Positions 1 to 11,008 of a DNA stretch of 64,000 bases are shown piece by piece. The notes beneath the pieces are model-generated. The model ran no database searches. It saw only the letters and a list, made by a program, of their open reading frames with translations, and was not told the origin of the DNA. Where the stretch lies: contig BTVJ01000007.1 in the NCBI GenBank assembly GCA_045863395.1, positions 1 to 64,000 of the forward strand. The letters run 5' to 3'. The position numbers were made by a program, and so were the translations under genes. Source of the stretch: Myxococcales bacterium. GTDB taxonomy: Bacteria > Myxococcota_A > UBA9042 > JABWCM01 > BTVJ01. Numbering within the stretch: position 1 is the stretch's first letter; each line of letters starts with the position of its first letter.

Positions 1-92
1 TGCCAGCGGGGCGCATCGGGGCCCTCGATGGATCAGGTTGTTATGCACCGGCGCCATAGGCGAACGCCTCGGAGCTTCGGGGGCGTGCGGTC

Positions 93-2294
<2,202 letters not shown>

Positions 2295-2389
2295 CGCTGC
2301 CTGGCCCTGGGCGCGGCCTGGGGCGCGCGGAAGGGGGCGCGTCGTCCCGGGGCGTCGAGTCCCTCGGTGGGAGGGTCGTCGGGGGCCGA

Positions 2390-3058
2390 TCAGGCCGGCC
2401 GGTTCCTCACGTAATAGACTACCGCGGCCGGCCAGAAGACGACGGCGAGGACCATGAACACCACGGGGTTGAAGGTGCGGCCGCCGGCGGGCGCTGGGGC
2501 GCCAGGCCCTGGAGGCGGGTTGCGGAGCTCGGCCAGCGCCTTCAGCCGCAGCTCGTTGAGCGTCGCAGAGCTGAACGCCGCGCCGCAGTGGCTGCACACG
2601 GGGCTCTGGGAGGCGCCGAGGGGGACGCGCTGTGACACGCGCGCCCCGCAGCTCGGGCAGCTCTCGACGAGCACCATCTCCGACCGCAGCCGCCCATCGA
2701 CGATCATGTCGGTGTCCGTATCCCACACGAACCAGGCGAGCCCCCGCCCGTTGACCGCCCGCAGCGTCTCGGCGACGTCCTCGCGGCTGAAGCCGGTGCT
2801 CTGCAGCAGGTCGCGGACCCGCACCTCCTTGGCCCGGTCCAGGATGCGCCAGATGGCGACGCAGCGCTTCTCCCGGGCCCGCACCCGGTAGCCCAGCGTC
2901 AGGAGCCCGACGGGAGCCAGCGCAAACAGGACCGCGAAGGGCGCAGCGGCCGGCTTCTCCATGGACCCCAGGACCCAGAACACGCTGAGGACGCAGGTAG
3001 CCCACCCCACCCGGATGAGGATGTCGTCCTGCCTGAAGAGGTTCTCGCGCACGCCCAT
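2390..3058 (-). CDS. Hypothetical membrane protein with Zn-ribbon (CPSCG...CSHCG)
   Basis: Two N-terminal TM segments, central HTH-like stretch, CxxC pairs, C-terminal TM. Start set at ATG 3058 (MGVRENLF); the ORF track extends to 3379. Confidence 0.65.
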   Translation of the reverse strand: MGVRENLFRQDDILIRVGWATCVLSVFWVLGSMEKPAAAPFAVLFALAPVGLLTLGYRVRAREKRCVAIWRILDRAKEVRVRDLLQSTGFSREDVAETLRAVNGRGLAWFVWDTDTDMIVDGRLRSEMVLVESCPSCGARVSQRVPLGASQSPVCSHCGAAFSSATLNELRLKALAELRNPPPGPGAPAPAGGRTFNPVVFMVLAVVFWPAAVVYYVRNRPA

Positions 3059-3218
3059 GGTTGGGGAGGATACCTGCGCGGTGGGGGGACGCAAGCTCGC
3101 CGGCAGGTTCTCCGTGGGCGCATCGGCACCAGCTACGACGTTCCCGCGCTTCTGGCGGCGATCAGCGCTGCGAGCCATGGGCTTTGTCGTGCGTTTGGCG
3201 TTGGGGAACCTCGATAGC

Positions 3219-3248
3219 ATGACACTGGCCTGACCAGTGTTGTATCCT
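3219..3248 (+). promoter_or_regulatory. Putative sigma70-type promoter of the kinase gene, overlapped by a 7-5-7 inverted repeat
   Basis: ATGACA(3219-3224)-18 nt-TATCCT(3243-3248); ACACTGG-cctga-CCAGTGT at 3222-3240. Confidence 0.4.
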
Positions 3249-3299
3249 GATCCGGCAGCAGCCGTGTCTCGGCAAGGTGAGCAACCAACCGGAGGCGCC

Positions 3300-6200
3300 G
3301 TGACCAAGCACGAATCCGTCGGGCAAACGGGTCTCGAGGACCTGCTCCGCAGTCTGGAGAGATCGGCACCCCCGTTCATCGCGTGGATCGCTCACGACAT
3401 TCTCCGGCGCGGTGGACGATCCCATTGGGAGCGCGACTTTGGGCGCGAGAGCACCCTGGTTCACGTAATTACCCGCTACCTCATCTGGGTGCTCTCGCGA
3501 TCCTCTGGGAAGCCGCTTGTCGCGCAGACCACGGTGGCGGAGGATCTCAAAGACCTGAGTTCCCTGCCTTACGGTCTCGGCCGCGCAGCTCGGCTTCTGG
3601 CCGTCGGGGACGAGGCACTCGCAGAGACGAGCCGACGACTGGGCCTGCCACTCGACGCGGAGCACCTGGCTGCGTTTCAGGAATCGCTACAGTGTTGGTG
3701 GGAGAGGGTGCGTCACTCGCGGACGCACGCCCGCCCGCCGGGAGAGTGTTGCGAGGAGGACCACCTGCTGTTGATGCTCCGAGCGGCACACGGAGCCCTC
3801 ACCGCGATGCGTCTCTTGGTAGTCGTTGGTAACGATGCGGGGCTGCGTCCAGGGTCCCCTCGAACTCTTCTCGTCGATGTCTATCGCGGCGCTCGGGTAT
3901 CTCGACGTGAGACCTGGGCTGTCAAGGACACGTCCGAGCTGGCACATCTCCAGCGCGGGGTTCCCTACCTCTGGTGGAGCAGAGCGGAGGCCAGGACCGG
4001 GTGCCTCCTGCTGCTGTACCCTGCTGCTCTCATGGCTCGCAGAGCGGACCGGGTGGATGTCTACGACGGTGCCTACCTCGAGCCCTGCCTTCTCGCCGCC
4101 CCAGAGGGCGCTGACCTGGCGTCTCGTCTGAGCGCACACGGGAGCGCGGTGATTGCGACCGGATCACTGATCGAGCCTGGGGTCGGCCTCGACTGTGCGG
4201 TTCGCTTGCGCCTGCCCTCGACGTGGGGAGACCTGGCGCCGGCGCTGCACGAAGTCGCCGGCAGTGGCTTGGTGAACGTGGAGCTCACCGAGAGTCCGAA
4301 CTTCCTGCAGTTGGAGTTGCTCGGGCCGGACTGGCGTGACGCGACCGATGAGAACCTCAGACCCGTCGCGGGAGCCTTTGGAACCGTGTATCCCTGCACT
4401 CACGTGAAGTACCCCGACCGGTTGTTCGCGGTGAAGGTGTTTCACGACCATGTCGATCTTCACCCGAGCTGGCGCGACGGCCTCGACCGCGTGGAGCGAG
4501 CCTCCAGCGGTAGTCCGGGCGACAGCGTGGTCCACTACTACCCTGACCTCTCGCGGATGGAGTTCGGCAAGCGCCCCGCCTACGTCGTCATGGACTGGAG
4601 GCGATCCAGGGGCAACCTGGATGACGTGGACGCTCGGGGCCTCATCGGGCGCACACCCACGGAGCGCCTCGGCTTCAGCACGAAGCTGGTGGAGGCGGTG
4701 GCCTGGTTGCACCGTCTGAACGCTCCGCATCGTGATCTGCACCCGTCCAATGTACTGGTCTGCGAGGCGAAGGACGGGATGGCCGCTCCGGTCCTCGTCG
4801 ACCTGGGTCTGGCGCTCATTCAGCAGGGGGGCTCCAGCACTTCGGCCGTGACCGGGACGCTTCTCGGTGCCGGGCGCCGCCCATTCGTGGCGCCCGAGAG
4901 CGCTTTGGTTGAGCATGACCCGTTTCGCGCGGACGTCCACGGCGTGGGTTGGTTATGCGTCATGGTGCTGGCCGGGAGGGCCCCCATGGAGTTGGAGCTC
5001 GCCCCCGACCGAGCGCTCAAGCCAGTCCAGCGGATGTGCAAGCACGGAGCGTTGCCCGCCGCGCTTTCGGATCTGCTCGATCAGTGGGTAGCCAGCGATC
5101 CAATGGAGCGCCCCGAGAGCGCCGTGGAGGCCTTGGACCAGTGGATGCGGATCGCGCGGGGCCAAGCGAGGGCTGGTGCTCGCCTTCCAGGCGGGTTTGA
5201 GCTCATGCAGTCAGCGGGAGGCGACGCGCGACCCTACGCTGTCTGCGTTCACGCCAGAGACCGGGAGGCTGCACTGGTTGTGCCTGTGCCCTCGGACCAC
5301 ATGGGAGCCCGCACCTTGCTGGACCGGTGGCGGGAAGGTCGGCTCGGCGTGCCGCACCTGGCACCCCTTGTGGCCGTCGCCTCAGACCGTTCCCAGGCGC
5401 TCGTCCGGGCGCCTGCGGTCCGAGCCATGGTCCTCGACGCCAGCACTCTGCCGTCCAGCGCCCGGGCTCGTGCCGCGTTGCTCGCGTCATTGCTGGAAGT
5501 GTGCGTCGGATTGGCCCGCTGCGAGGTGCGCGCTTGGGTTCACCGCGACGGTCTGCTCGTGGATACGAGCGGCGCGCTTCACGTGGTGGCGCTTCGGCCG
5601 GGGACGTGCCCGTCAGAGGAGCGCGAGATTTCATGGGTTGAGCGCCTGTGCGATGCGCTGCTGAAGGAGGCTCGGGACGATCATGTGGACGTGGGCTGGC
5701 CAGACGCCGTGGGCGTGAGGATCTTCGGCGACCAGGGCGATGCCATCGAGTCCACGGCCAGCCCTGTCGTCAGGGCGCTGGGCCTGCTGGGCCGCCGCGA
5801 GGACCGCGACATCGGAGACGTGATGGCGCTCGGCGTTGAGTGCTTCCACGCGCTCGCTCCAGCTCTTCACGGCAAGAGGCCGATCATCGAGCTCGCGGAC
5901 GACCTGGTGATTCGGCTCCTTCGCTCGGCGTCGTCTGCGCTGCCCACTCCAGAGGTCATCTCAAGCGACGATGTTCGCACCGAGTCGGACATCATCAGGG
6001 AGCGTTTGCCCACCCTGCGAGAGGAGCACTGGCGAGAGCACCAGCACGAGGTCGATCACAAGCGACGGGAGCACGAGGAGGAGCGGGAGCTACGGAGGGT
6101 GGAGCACGAGGAGGAACAGGAGCGTCGGAGGGTGGAGTACGAGGAGGAGCAGGAGCGACGGAGGGGGGAGCAGCAGTTGGAGCGGGAGAGGAGCAGAGTC

Positions 6201-7130
6201 GAGCGATTCGAGGGCGATCCGGCGCAGCTAGAATTGGAGCCATGCGAACCCCCGCCCTTCGAAGTGCGACCGTTCGAGAACGTGCCATTCCAGGAGCCCG
6301 TCCGAGAAGCATTTGCCTCTTGGGCCTTCCGGCGCATGGACCCGACCTCTCCAGAGACGTGTGCCCGATGGGAGTTGAATCATCGGGGAGACTGCTTGGA
6401 ACTTATGGCTCGCCCCACCAAGGTGCGAATCTACTCCGGGCCCAGAGCGCTGGTTGAGATCGACCCGGGCGGTACTGCCCTCCGCTCCATGGCGCCGGCG
6501 AGCCCGCTCTCGGAGGTGTTGCAGCGCCTGCCGCGGTGGATCGACGAGTCCTTCGTGCCCGTCGTTCCGGGGATTGACGCGGAGTCTCTGCGCCTGCGAG
6601 TCGAGGTCTTGCAGGTCCTGCGCGCGCTGACCTGGCTCTGTGTGACCCTGGATCTGGCGGACGATCAGGTAGGCGCCATGGGTGCCGTCAGGATCTGGCA
6701 GGACAGAGGGGTGGGCCAGTGGCAAGTGTGGTCCCAAGCGATGCCGGAGTGGTTCGAGAAGCGCCCGGCTGGGCCGAGCGCGGATTGGAACATCAAACTC
6801 CACGAGGCACTGGTCTGCGTGTGGGCGTCTTGCCGCTTGACCGGTGCCACCGATGATCCTGGAGCGGCCCGAGCGCATCTCTCGTGCTGGCTGGAGTTGA
6901 TCTTGGAGCGGCTCTCTGGCATCGCACCTCCGAGCCCCGTCGCGCGGCGGGGCATCGGCGCACACGAAGAGCGCGCTGACCTCAAGTCGCGGCTCATAGC
7001 GCTCGGCTTGGCGATCCACTTGGCCGAAGGGGGGTTCGCGTGGTTCCACGGCGCCGCGTCCATCGACCGGCCGGAGGTCCTCTACGCGGTTCCTCCGACG
7101 TGCATCGTGGAGGCGCGGTCGGTGCGGTAG
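3300..7130 (+). CDS. Large soluble Hanks-type Ser/Thr protein kinase with a second degenerate kinase-like domain and an E/R-rich helical repeat
   Basis: GAFGTVY (Gly loop), FAVKVF (catalytic Lys), HRDLHPSNVL, LVDLGLA, PFVAPE, RADVHGVG. GTG start at 3300 preceded by GGAGG. No obvious TM segment or signal peptide. Confidence 0.85.
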   Translation: MTKHESVGQTGLEDLLRSLERSAPPFIAWIAHDILRRGGRSHWERDFGRESTLVHVITRYLIWVLSRSSGKPLVAQTTVAEDLKDLSSLPYGLGRAARLLAVGDEALAETSRRLGLPLDAEHLAAFQESLQCWWERVRHSRTHARPPGECCEEDHLLLMLRAAHGALTAMRLLVVVGNDAGLRPGSPRTLLVDVYRGARVSRRETWAVKDTSELAHLQRGVPYLWWSRAEARTGCLLLLYPAALMARRADRVDVYDGAYLEPCLLAAPEGADLASRLSAHGSAVIATGSLIEPGVGLDCAVRLRLPSTWGDLAPALHEVAGSGLVNVELTESPNFLQLELLGPDWRDATDENLRPVAGAFGTVYPCTHVKYPDRLFAVKVFHDHVDLHPSWRDGLDRVERASSGSPGDSVVHYYPDLSRMEFGKRPAYVVMDWRRSRGNLDDVDARGLIGRTPTERLGFSTKLVEAVAWLHRLNAPHRDLHPSNVLVCEAKDGMAAPVLVDLGLALIQQGGSSTSAVTGTLLGAGRRPFVAPESALVEHDPFRADVHGVGWLCVMVLAGRAPMELELAPDRALKPVQRMCKHGALPAALSDLLDQWVASDPMERPESAVEALDQWMRIARGQARAGARLPGGFELMQSAGGDARPYAVCVHARDREAALVVPVPSDHMGARTLLDRWREGRLGVPHLAPLVAVASDRSQALVRAPAVRAMVLDASTLPSSARARAALLASLLEVCVGLARCEVRAWVHRDGLLVDTSGALHVVALRPGTCPSEEREISWVERLCDALLKEARDDHVDVGWPDAVGVRIFGDQGDAIESTASPVVRALGLLGRREDRDIGDVMALGVECFHALAPALHGKRPIIELADDLVIRLLRSASSALPTPEVISSDDVRTESDIIRERLPTLREEHWREHQHEVDHKRREHEEERELRRVEHEEEQERRRVEYEEEQERRRGEQQLERERSRVERFEGDPAQLELEPCEPPPFEVRPFENVPFQEPVREAFASWAFRRMDPTSPETCARWELNHRGDCLELMARPTKVRIYSGPRALVEIDPGGTALRSMAPASPLSEVLQRLPRWIDESFVPVVPGIDAESLRLRVEVLQVLRALTWLCVTLDLADDQVGAMGAVRIWQDRGVGQWQVWSQAMPEWFEKRPAGPSADWNIKLHEALVCVWASCRLTGATDDPGAARAHLSCWLELILERLSGIAPPSPVARRGIGAHEERADLKSRLIALGLAIHLAEGGFAWFHGAASIDRPEVLYAVPPTCIVEARSVR
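6060..6191 (+). repeat. Four imperfect 33-bp in-frame tandem repeats (11-aa units such as RRVEHEEEQER) in the kinase
   Basis: Units start at 6060, 6093, 6126 and 6159 (e.g. cggagggtggagcacgaggaggaacaggagcgt). Confidence 0.85.
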
Positions 7131-8752
7131 ACCTCGGCGTAGCTGGCCGGAGCGAAGGTCGGGGATGTCCACCACGTGGCGACAAGGTCCCCAAACCCCA
7201 TCCTGGTGGAGACGGCGCCGATCAGGCTTCGTGCTGCGCCCCGGAGGGCCTCCACGTCGGTGCTCTCGACCGCGTCCGTGCGGTGGGCGCAGTCGTTGCG
7301 CAGGCGGCTCCAGCGCATGGAGAGCCACCACGCGGCCGTCCCAAGCGGCTCGAAGTCGATGATCGAGGCGCCGGTTGCGCCGGGGATCTCCAGCCTCAAG
7401 GTCGATGAATCTCCTTGGTCGGACTGGGGCTCACGGTGCTCCTCCGGGAGGAACGGGTTGGCGACGGCGTCCGGCGTGAAAATATCACCCTCCTTGGCCT
7501 GCCCGCGAAGGAGGAGCCAGGACGCCGTCTTGGCGCTCCCAAGAATGTCTTTGGCTCGCTTGAGGACCCTCCGGCTCGGGTTCGGGCAGCCGTCCAGCGT
7601 CAATGTCCTGTTCGAGAGCATCCACTCCACGAGCGCCGAGAGAGCCAGCTCGCCGAGTCCATAGAGGCGCAAGGTGGCGGACCGCGGCTCGAGGTTGCCA
7701 CGCCCGACCCAGCGCCAGCCGTCGACCAGGAAGCAGAGCAGCGCCTCGGGCTTTGACGCGAGGCGCCGGACCGCGCGCGATCTGCCCCTTCCGAAGTCCG
7801 CAGCAAGGACCTTCACAGGCTCCGGGAGGTCACTGCCGCTGGCTGCGATAAGCGACTCCGCCTCGCCATACCTTGCGGCCTCCCATGCGACACACCCGCG
7901 CGCGTAGGCCAGGGTCCCGCGGAGGGCGTCGTCCTCTGGGTCCCGCTCTGGGGAGCCCTCCGCGCCGCTCCCAGGACCTGCGTTGCTCGCGCCTCCCACG
8001 CCTCTCTCTGCCAGCACTCGTTCCAGCACAGTTACGGCCTCCCCAAACCTCGACTCACCGAAGAAGCGGCCCACGGCTCGGAGGTCGCGCAGATGGAGCG
8101 CGGTGGCGGGGTTGGCGAGGGACAGAAGCCGAAGTGTGAAGGGGCGGGGCTGGTGGACGGCCGCCACGTAGGTGCCGTCCAGGTAGACCGCCTGGATGTC
8201 CAGCTCAGAGGCCAGCAGAAAGGCCGCCGACACCATGGTCTTCTTGCCACCAGTTACATCGAGCAGGGTTGATCTCCGCGGTCGCGCGGAGCCGGGCGGG
8301 CCCTCCGCGACGACGTCCGCCTGGACGAGGGCCCCCCGCAGCCTTCGGTAGATCTCGGTCGGATCCGTCTCATCGATGAGCACCAGGTCCGTCGCGGGTG
8401 CGGCGTCGAGCGCGAGCGCCACCGGCACCGCCGCGATGCGCGCGATGCGCTGGGCAACCTCTCGTGTCACGTCCGTGTGGGCGAGGATGAGCATCGCCGG
8501 CCGGACCAGTGCGATCAGCGCGAGGATCGGCTGCGGTGTCGTCCCCACGACGCTGACGAGGGTCTCGCACTCTGGTGGCGGAGTCGCTGCTGCGCGAAGG
8601 CGCCTCACCTCGTGGGGTACGAGGTCCTGGACGTAGGATCCCAACGCAACTTCGCTGTCACCGACCCACGGGGGTCCGTCGTCCCGGGAGTCGCCAAGCT
8701 CGTCGACCCACCGGTCGAACTCGTCGCAAATGTCCACCTGGCTTCGGGGCAT
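7082..8752 (-). CDS. CRISPR-associated CARF-domain effector with C-terminal HEPN motif (Csm6-like / TIGR02710-like)
   Basis: CARF motifs VSVVGTTPQP and LLDVTGGKKTMVSAA, helical middle region, RNDCAH (R-X4-H) near the C terminus; last gene of the cas operon. Confidence 0.85.
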   Translation of the reverse strand: MPRSQVDICDEFDRWVDELGDSRDDGPPWVGDSEVALGSYVQDLVPHEVRRLRAAATPPPECETLVSVVGTTPQPILALIALVRPAMLILAHTDVTREVAQRIARIAAVPVALALDAAPATDLVLIDETDPTEIYRRLRGALVQADVVAEGPPGSARPRRSTLLDVTGGKKTMVSAAFLLASELDIQAVYLDGTYVAAVHQPRPFTLRLLSLANPATALHLRDLRAVGRFFGESRFGEAVTVLERVLAERGVGGASNAGPGSGAEGSPERDPEDDALRGTLAYARGCVAWEAARYGEAESLIAASGSDLPEPVKVLAADFGRGRSRAVRRLASKPEALLCFLVDGWRWVGRGNLEPRSATLRLYGLGELALSALVEWMLSNRTLTLDGCPNPSRRVLKRAKDILGSAKTASWLLLRGQAKEGDIFTPDAVANPFLPEEHREPQSDQGDSSTLRLEIPGATGASIIDFEPLGTAAWWLSMRWSRLRNDCAHRTDAVESTDVEALRGAARSLIGAVSTRMGFGDLVATWWTSPTFAPASYAEVYRTDRASTMHVGGTA

Positions 8753-8753
8753 C

Positions 8754-9161
8754 TCAGCCTCCCCGAGCCCGCTCGGCGGCCCCCATCAGGCGACGGCACC
8801 AGGCGAGGACGTAGGCTAGCGCCTCCGGTGTCGAGTCTTTGCCGCAGGCCTCTCTCACCGACGGAAGGCGTCGCAGCACCTCGGTGCAGACCCTCTCATA
8901 CTGCGGGCCCGCTGAGCGGGTGTAGGCCGCGAGGTGGGACTTGGGTAGCAGCTTCAGGTACGTCTCGATGTCCTCGATGGCCGGACGGGTCGAGAGGAAG
9001 CGGATGATCGGGCTCAGCACCGCCGGGTCCACCGAGGCGCCGCTCCCGCCAGTGCGAAAGGCGCCGAGGGCTTGGGCCATCTTCTGTCCGGTGTCCAGCA
9101 ACTTGCGCTTCCGCTCCTGGTCCTGTTCGGCTGCTTGCCTCCGATTCAGCTCCTCGCTCAT
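8754..9161 (-). CDS. Small alpha-helical protein, candidate Cas11-type small subunit (second)
   Basis: 135 aa, helical, ends YVLAWCRRLM (W-x-x-R like Cmr5/Csm2 C termini); overlaps the upstream RAMP stop (ATGA). Confidence 0.55.
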   Translation of the reverse strand: MSEELNRRQAAEQDQERKRKLLDTGQKMAQALGAFRTGGSGASVDPAVLSPIIRFLSTRPAIEDIETYLKLLPKSHLAAYTRSAGPQYERVCTEVLRRLPSVREACGKDSTPEALAYVLAWCRRLMGAAERARGG

Positions 9162-10039
9162 CGCGTCCCTCCGGTCCCCTGCGCCGCGCGCAGTGCCGCG
9201 AGCGCCTTCTCTCCGCCCGGTGGCAGCCGTACCGCCTCGATGGCCCCCCGCACCCAGGCGCCGATGGCGTCAACGTCCAGTCGCTTTGGCACCGGGTCGT
9301 CGTACCCGGCGCGGAGCACTGCCCGCTCGGGGCGCACTGCGATGCGCCCGAGGCCGCCGAACTTGCCGCCCCCGGCGCGCGGGTGGAAGGTGCCGTCACA
9401 CCCGGAGGCGAGCAGCACCAGGCCCAGCTCCGACTCTGTGACGTTGCTCAGGGCCAGCGGCACCTCGAAGGTCACGCCGGCCGGGACGACGACCATGGGC
9501 ACCTCGCGGGGCAGCTCGACGCGGGGCGTGGGGTACAGGCGGCGGCCGGCGGCGCGGCGCGGCGCGAACGCACGTGGCAGGAACCGCAGCTCGATGCGGT
9601 CTGCGTCCGCCGAGTCTCGCAGGACGCCGTCGCCCGCGCCCACACGGCCCATGTGCTCCCCGCTCCGGCGCGTGACGAAGCCGAACAGCACGCACGCCGG
9701 GCACTCGCCGCAGCACTCTGGCTCCATGTTGCATCCGCCCCCCAGGGCCTCGACGAGAGACCGGAGCACGCCCTTGAGCGAGGCGCCGGGCAGCAGGGGA
9801 GCGCCCTTGCGAAGCAGGATGTCCCGCGCGAGGACGGGCCCCCGGTTCGTCTCGAAGGGATACTCGACTCCCGAGCCCACGTGGAGCGGGTCGACGGTGG
9901 TGACGGCGAGCGTGAGCGTGCCGGTGACGCGGTCGCGCTTGGTCAGGTGGTGCCAGTGCTCCTTGGTCAGGTGTGTCTGCACGCGCGGCGCCGCGGGGAG
10001 CTCGGCATAGACGGTGAGCGGCGGCTGGTCCTGCCTCAT
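9158..10039 (-). CDS. Type III RAMP, Cas7-group (Csm5/Csm3-like)
   Basis: PLHVGSG, LPGASLKGVLRSLVEAL, CPACVLFG, G-rich loop GGGKFGGLGRI; start ATG 10039. Confidence 0.85.
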   Translation of the reverse strand: MRQDQPPLTVYAELPAAPRVQTHLTKEHWHHLTKRDRVTGTLTLAVTTVDPLHVGSGVEYPFETNRGPVLARDILLRKGAPLLPGASLKGVLRSLVEALGGGCNMEPECCGECPACVLFGFVTRRSGEHMGRVGAGDGVLRDSADADRIELRFLPRAFAPRRAAGRRLYPTPRVELPREVPMVVVPAGVTFEVPLALSNVTESELGLVLLASGCDGTFHPRAGGGKFGGLGRIAVRPERAVLRAGYDDPVPKRLDVDAIGAWVRGAIEAVRLPPGGEKALAALRAAQGTGGTR

Positions 10040-11007
10040 CGCCCGCTCCCCGCGGCGACCAGTGCCTGCCAGGGCCCCTGGGTCTGGCAGCGCCGGAAGA
10101 AGTCCCAGACGTCGGTTCCCGTGGCCTCCCACACGCGGAACACGGGGTCGTCGGCGGCCCAAGCGGCCGGAACCTCCCGCAACGTGTCTCCATCGATGAG
10201 GCCGTAGGGCTGCGCCAGCGCTGGGGCGAGCGCCCCTACCCCCGCGGGCACCCCCGGTGCGCCGAGCTGGCGGTAGCGCAAGGCGCGCGGGGTCACGTCC
10301 ATCATCCCGAGGCCGCGCGTCTTGCCGGAGCCCACACGCACGATGCCCTCCCGCAGGTCCTCCAACACCACTCCGATGAGCGCCACCTGCCAGAGCTGGA
10401 CGTTCTCCATGTGGATCCGCACAGCGAAGCTCCCCGCGACCACCACCTCGGACTCGTAGAGTTTCCCGCGGGCCGGTCCTCCGCTTCTGCGGTCGATGCT
10501 GACGCCCGCGCGGGTCTCCGTCTTGTTGGCCGTGCGAAGCGCCTTCTCGTCGGCCGGGTAGGCGTCGGCGAAGCGGATTCGGCCGGCGAGTGCCTGGCTC
10601 CCGAAGCAGCGGCAGGCGCCGCAGAGCATTCGATAGACCGGCGCCATGGGGTACTGCTCTCGCTTGACCTTGCCCCGGGCGATGTCGTCACCCAGGCGCG
10701 AGGCCTTCGCGTGACAGTCACTCTTGTGGTCCATGGGGTCGCAGGCCATGGAGGCTGCGTCCCCCGGGTTGAGTGATCGCAGTACGCGCTCCGCTGCGGA
10801 CCGGACCACGCCCTTCAGCGAGCTCCCCGGGATGAACACGGATTCCTGCCCGCCCAAGTGATCGGGCGCTCGTCCCCGCAAGGCCATGAGGTCCGGGCGC
10901 TCCGGGTGAAGCAGGTTCCCCCCCTTCGTATCTGCCTTGATAAGGAAGCCCGTCCGCGGGGACAGCTCCAGCTCCAGCGTTACAGTGTTCAGCGTCGCGT
11001 TGAACAT
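10036..11007 (-). CDS. Type III RAMP, Cas7-group (Csm3/Csx7-like)
   Basis: FIPGSSLKGVVRSAAE, CGACRCFGS, GRIRFADA, GVSIDRRSG, VGSGKTRGLG. Confidence 0.9.
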   Translation of the reverse strand: MFNATLNTVTLELELSPRTGFLIKADTKGGNLLHPERPDLMALRGRAPDHLGGQESVFIPGSSLKGVVRSAAERVLRSLNPGDAASMACDPMDHKSDCHAKASRLGDDIARGKVKREQYPMAPVYRMLCGACRCFGSQALAGRIRFADAYPADEKALRTANKTETRAGVSIDRRSGGPARGKLYESEVVVAGSFAVRIHMENVQLWQVALIGVVLEDLREGIVRVGSGKTRGLGMMDVTPRALRYRQLGAPGVPAGVGALAPALAQPYGLIDGDTLREVPAAWAADDPVFRVWEATGTDVWDFFRRCQTQGPWQALVAAGSGR

Positions 11008-11008
11008 C

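Noticed and set aside
3060..3299. att sites or direct repeats bounding the kinase-cas island (compared with 15640-15909)
   Set aside because: Only 7-8 bp matches (GTTTGGCG; CTCGATA/TATCGAG); no integrase or transposase in the window
6060..6191. 33-bp repeats as a CRISPR array
   Set aside because: Contiguous in-frame coding repeats with no unique spacers
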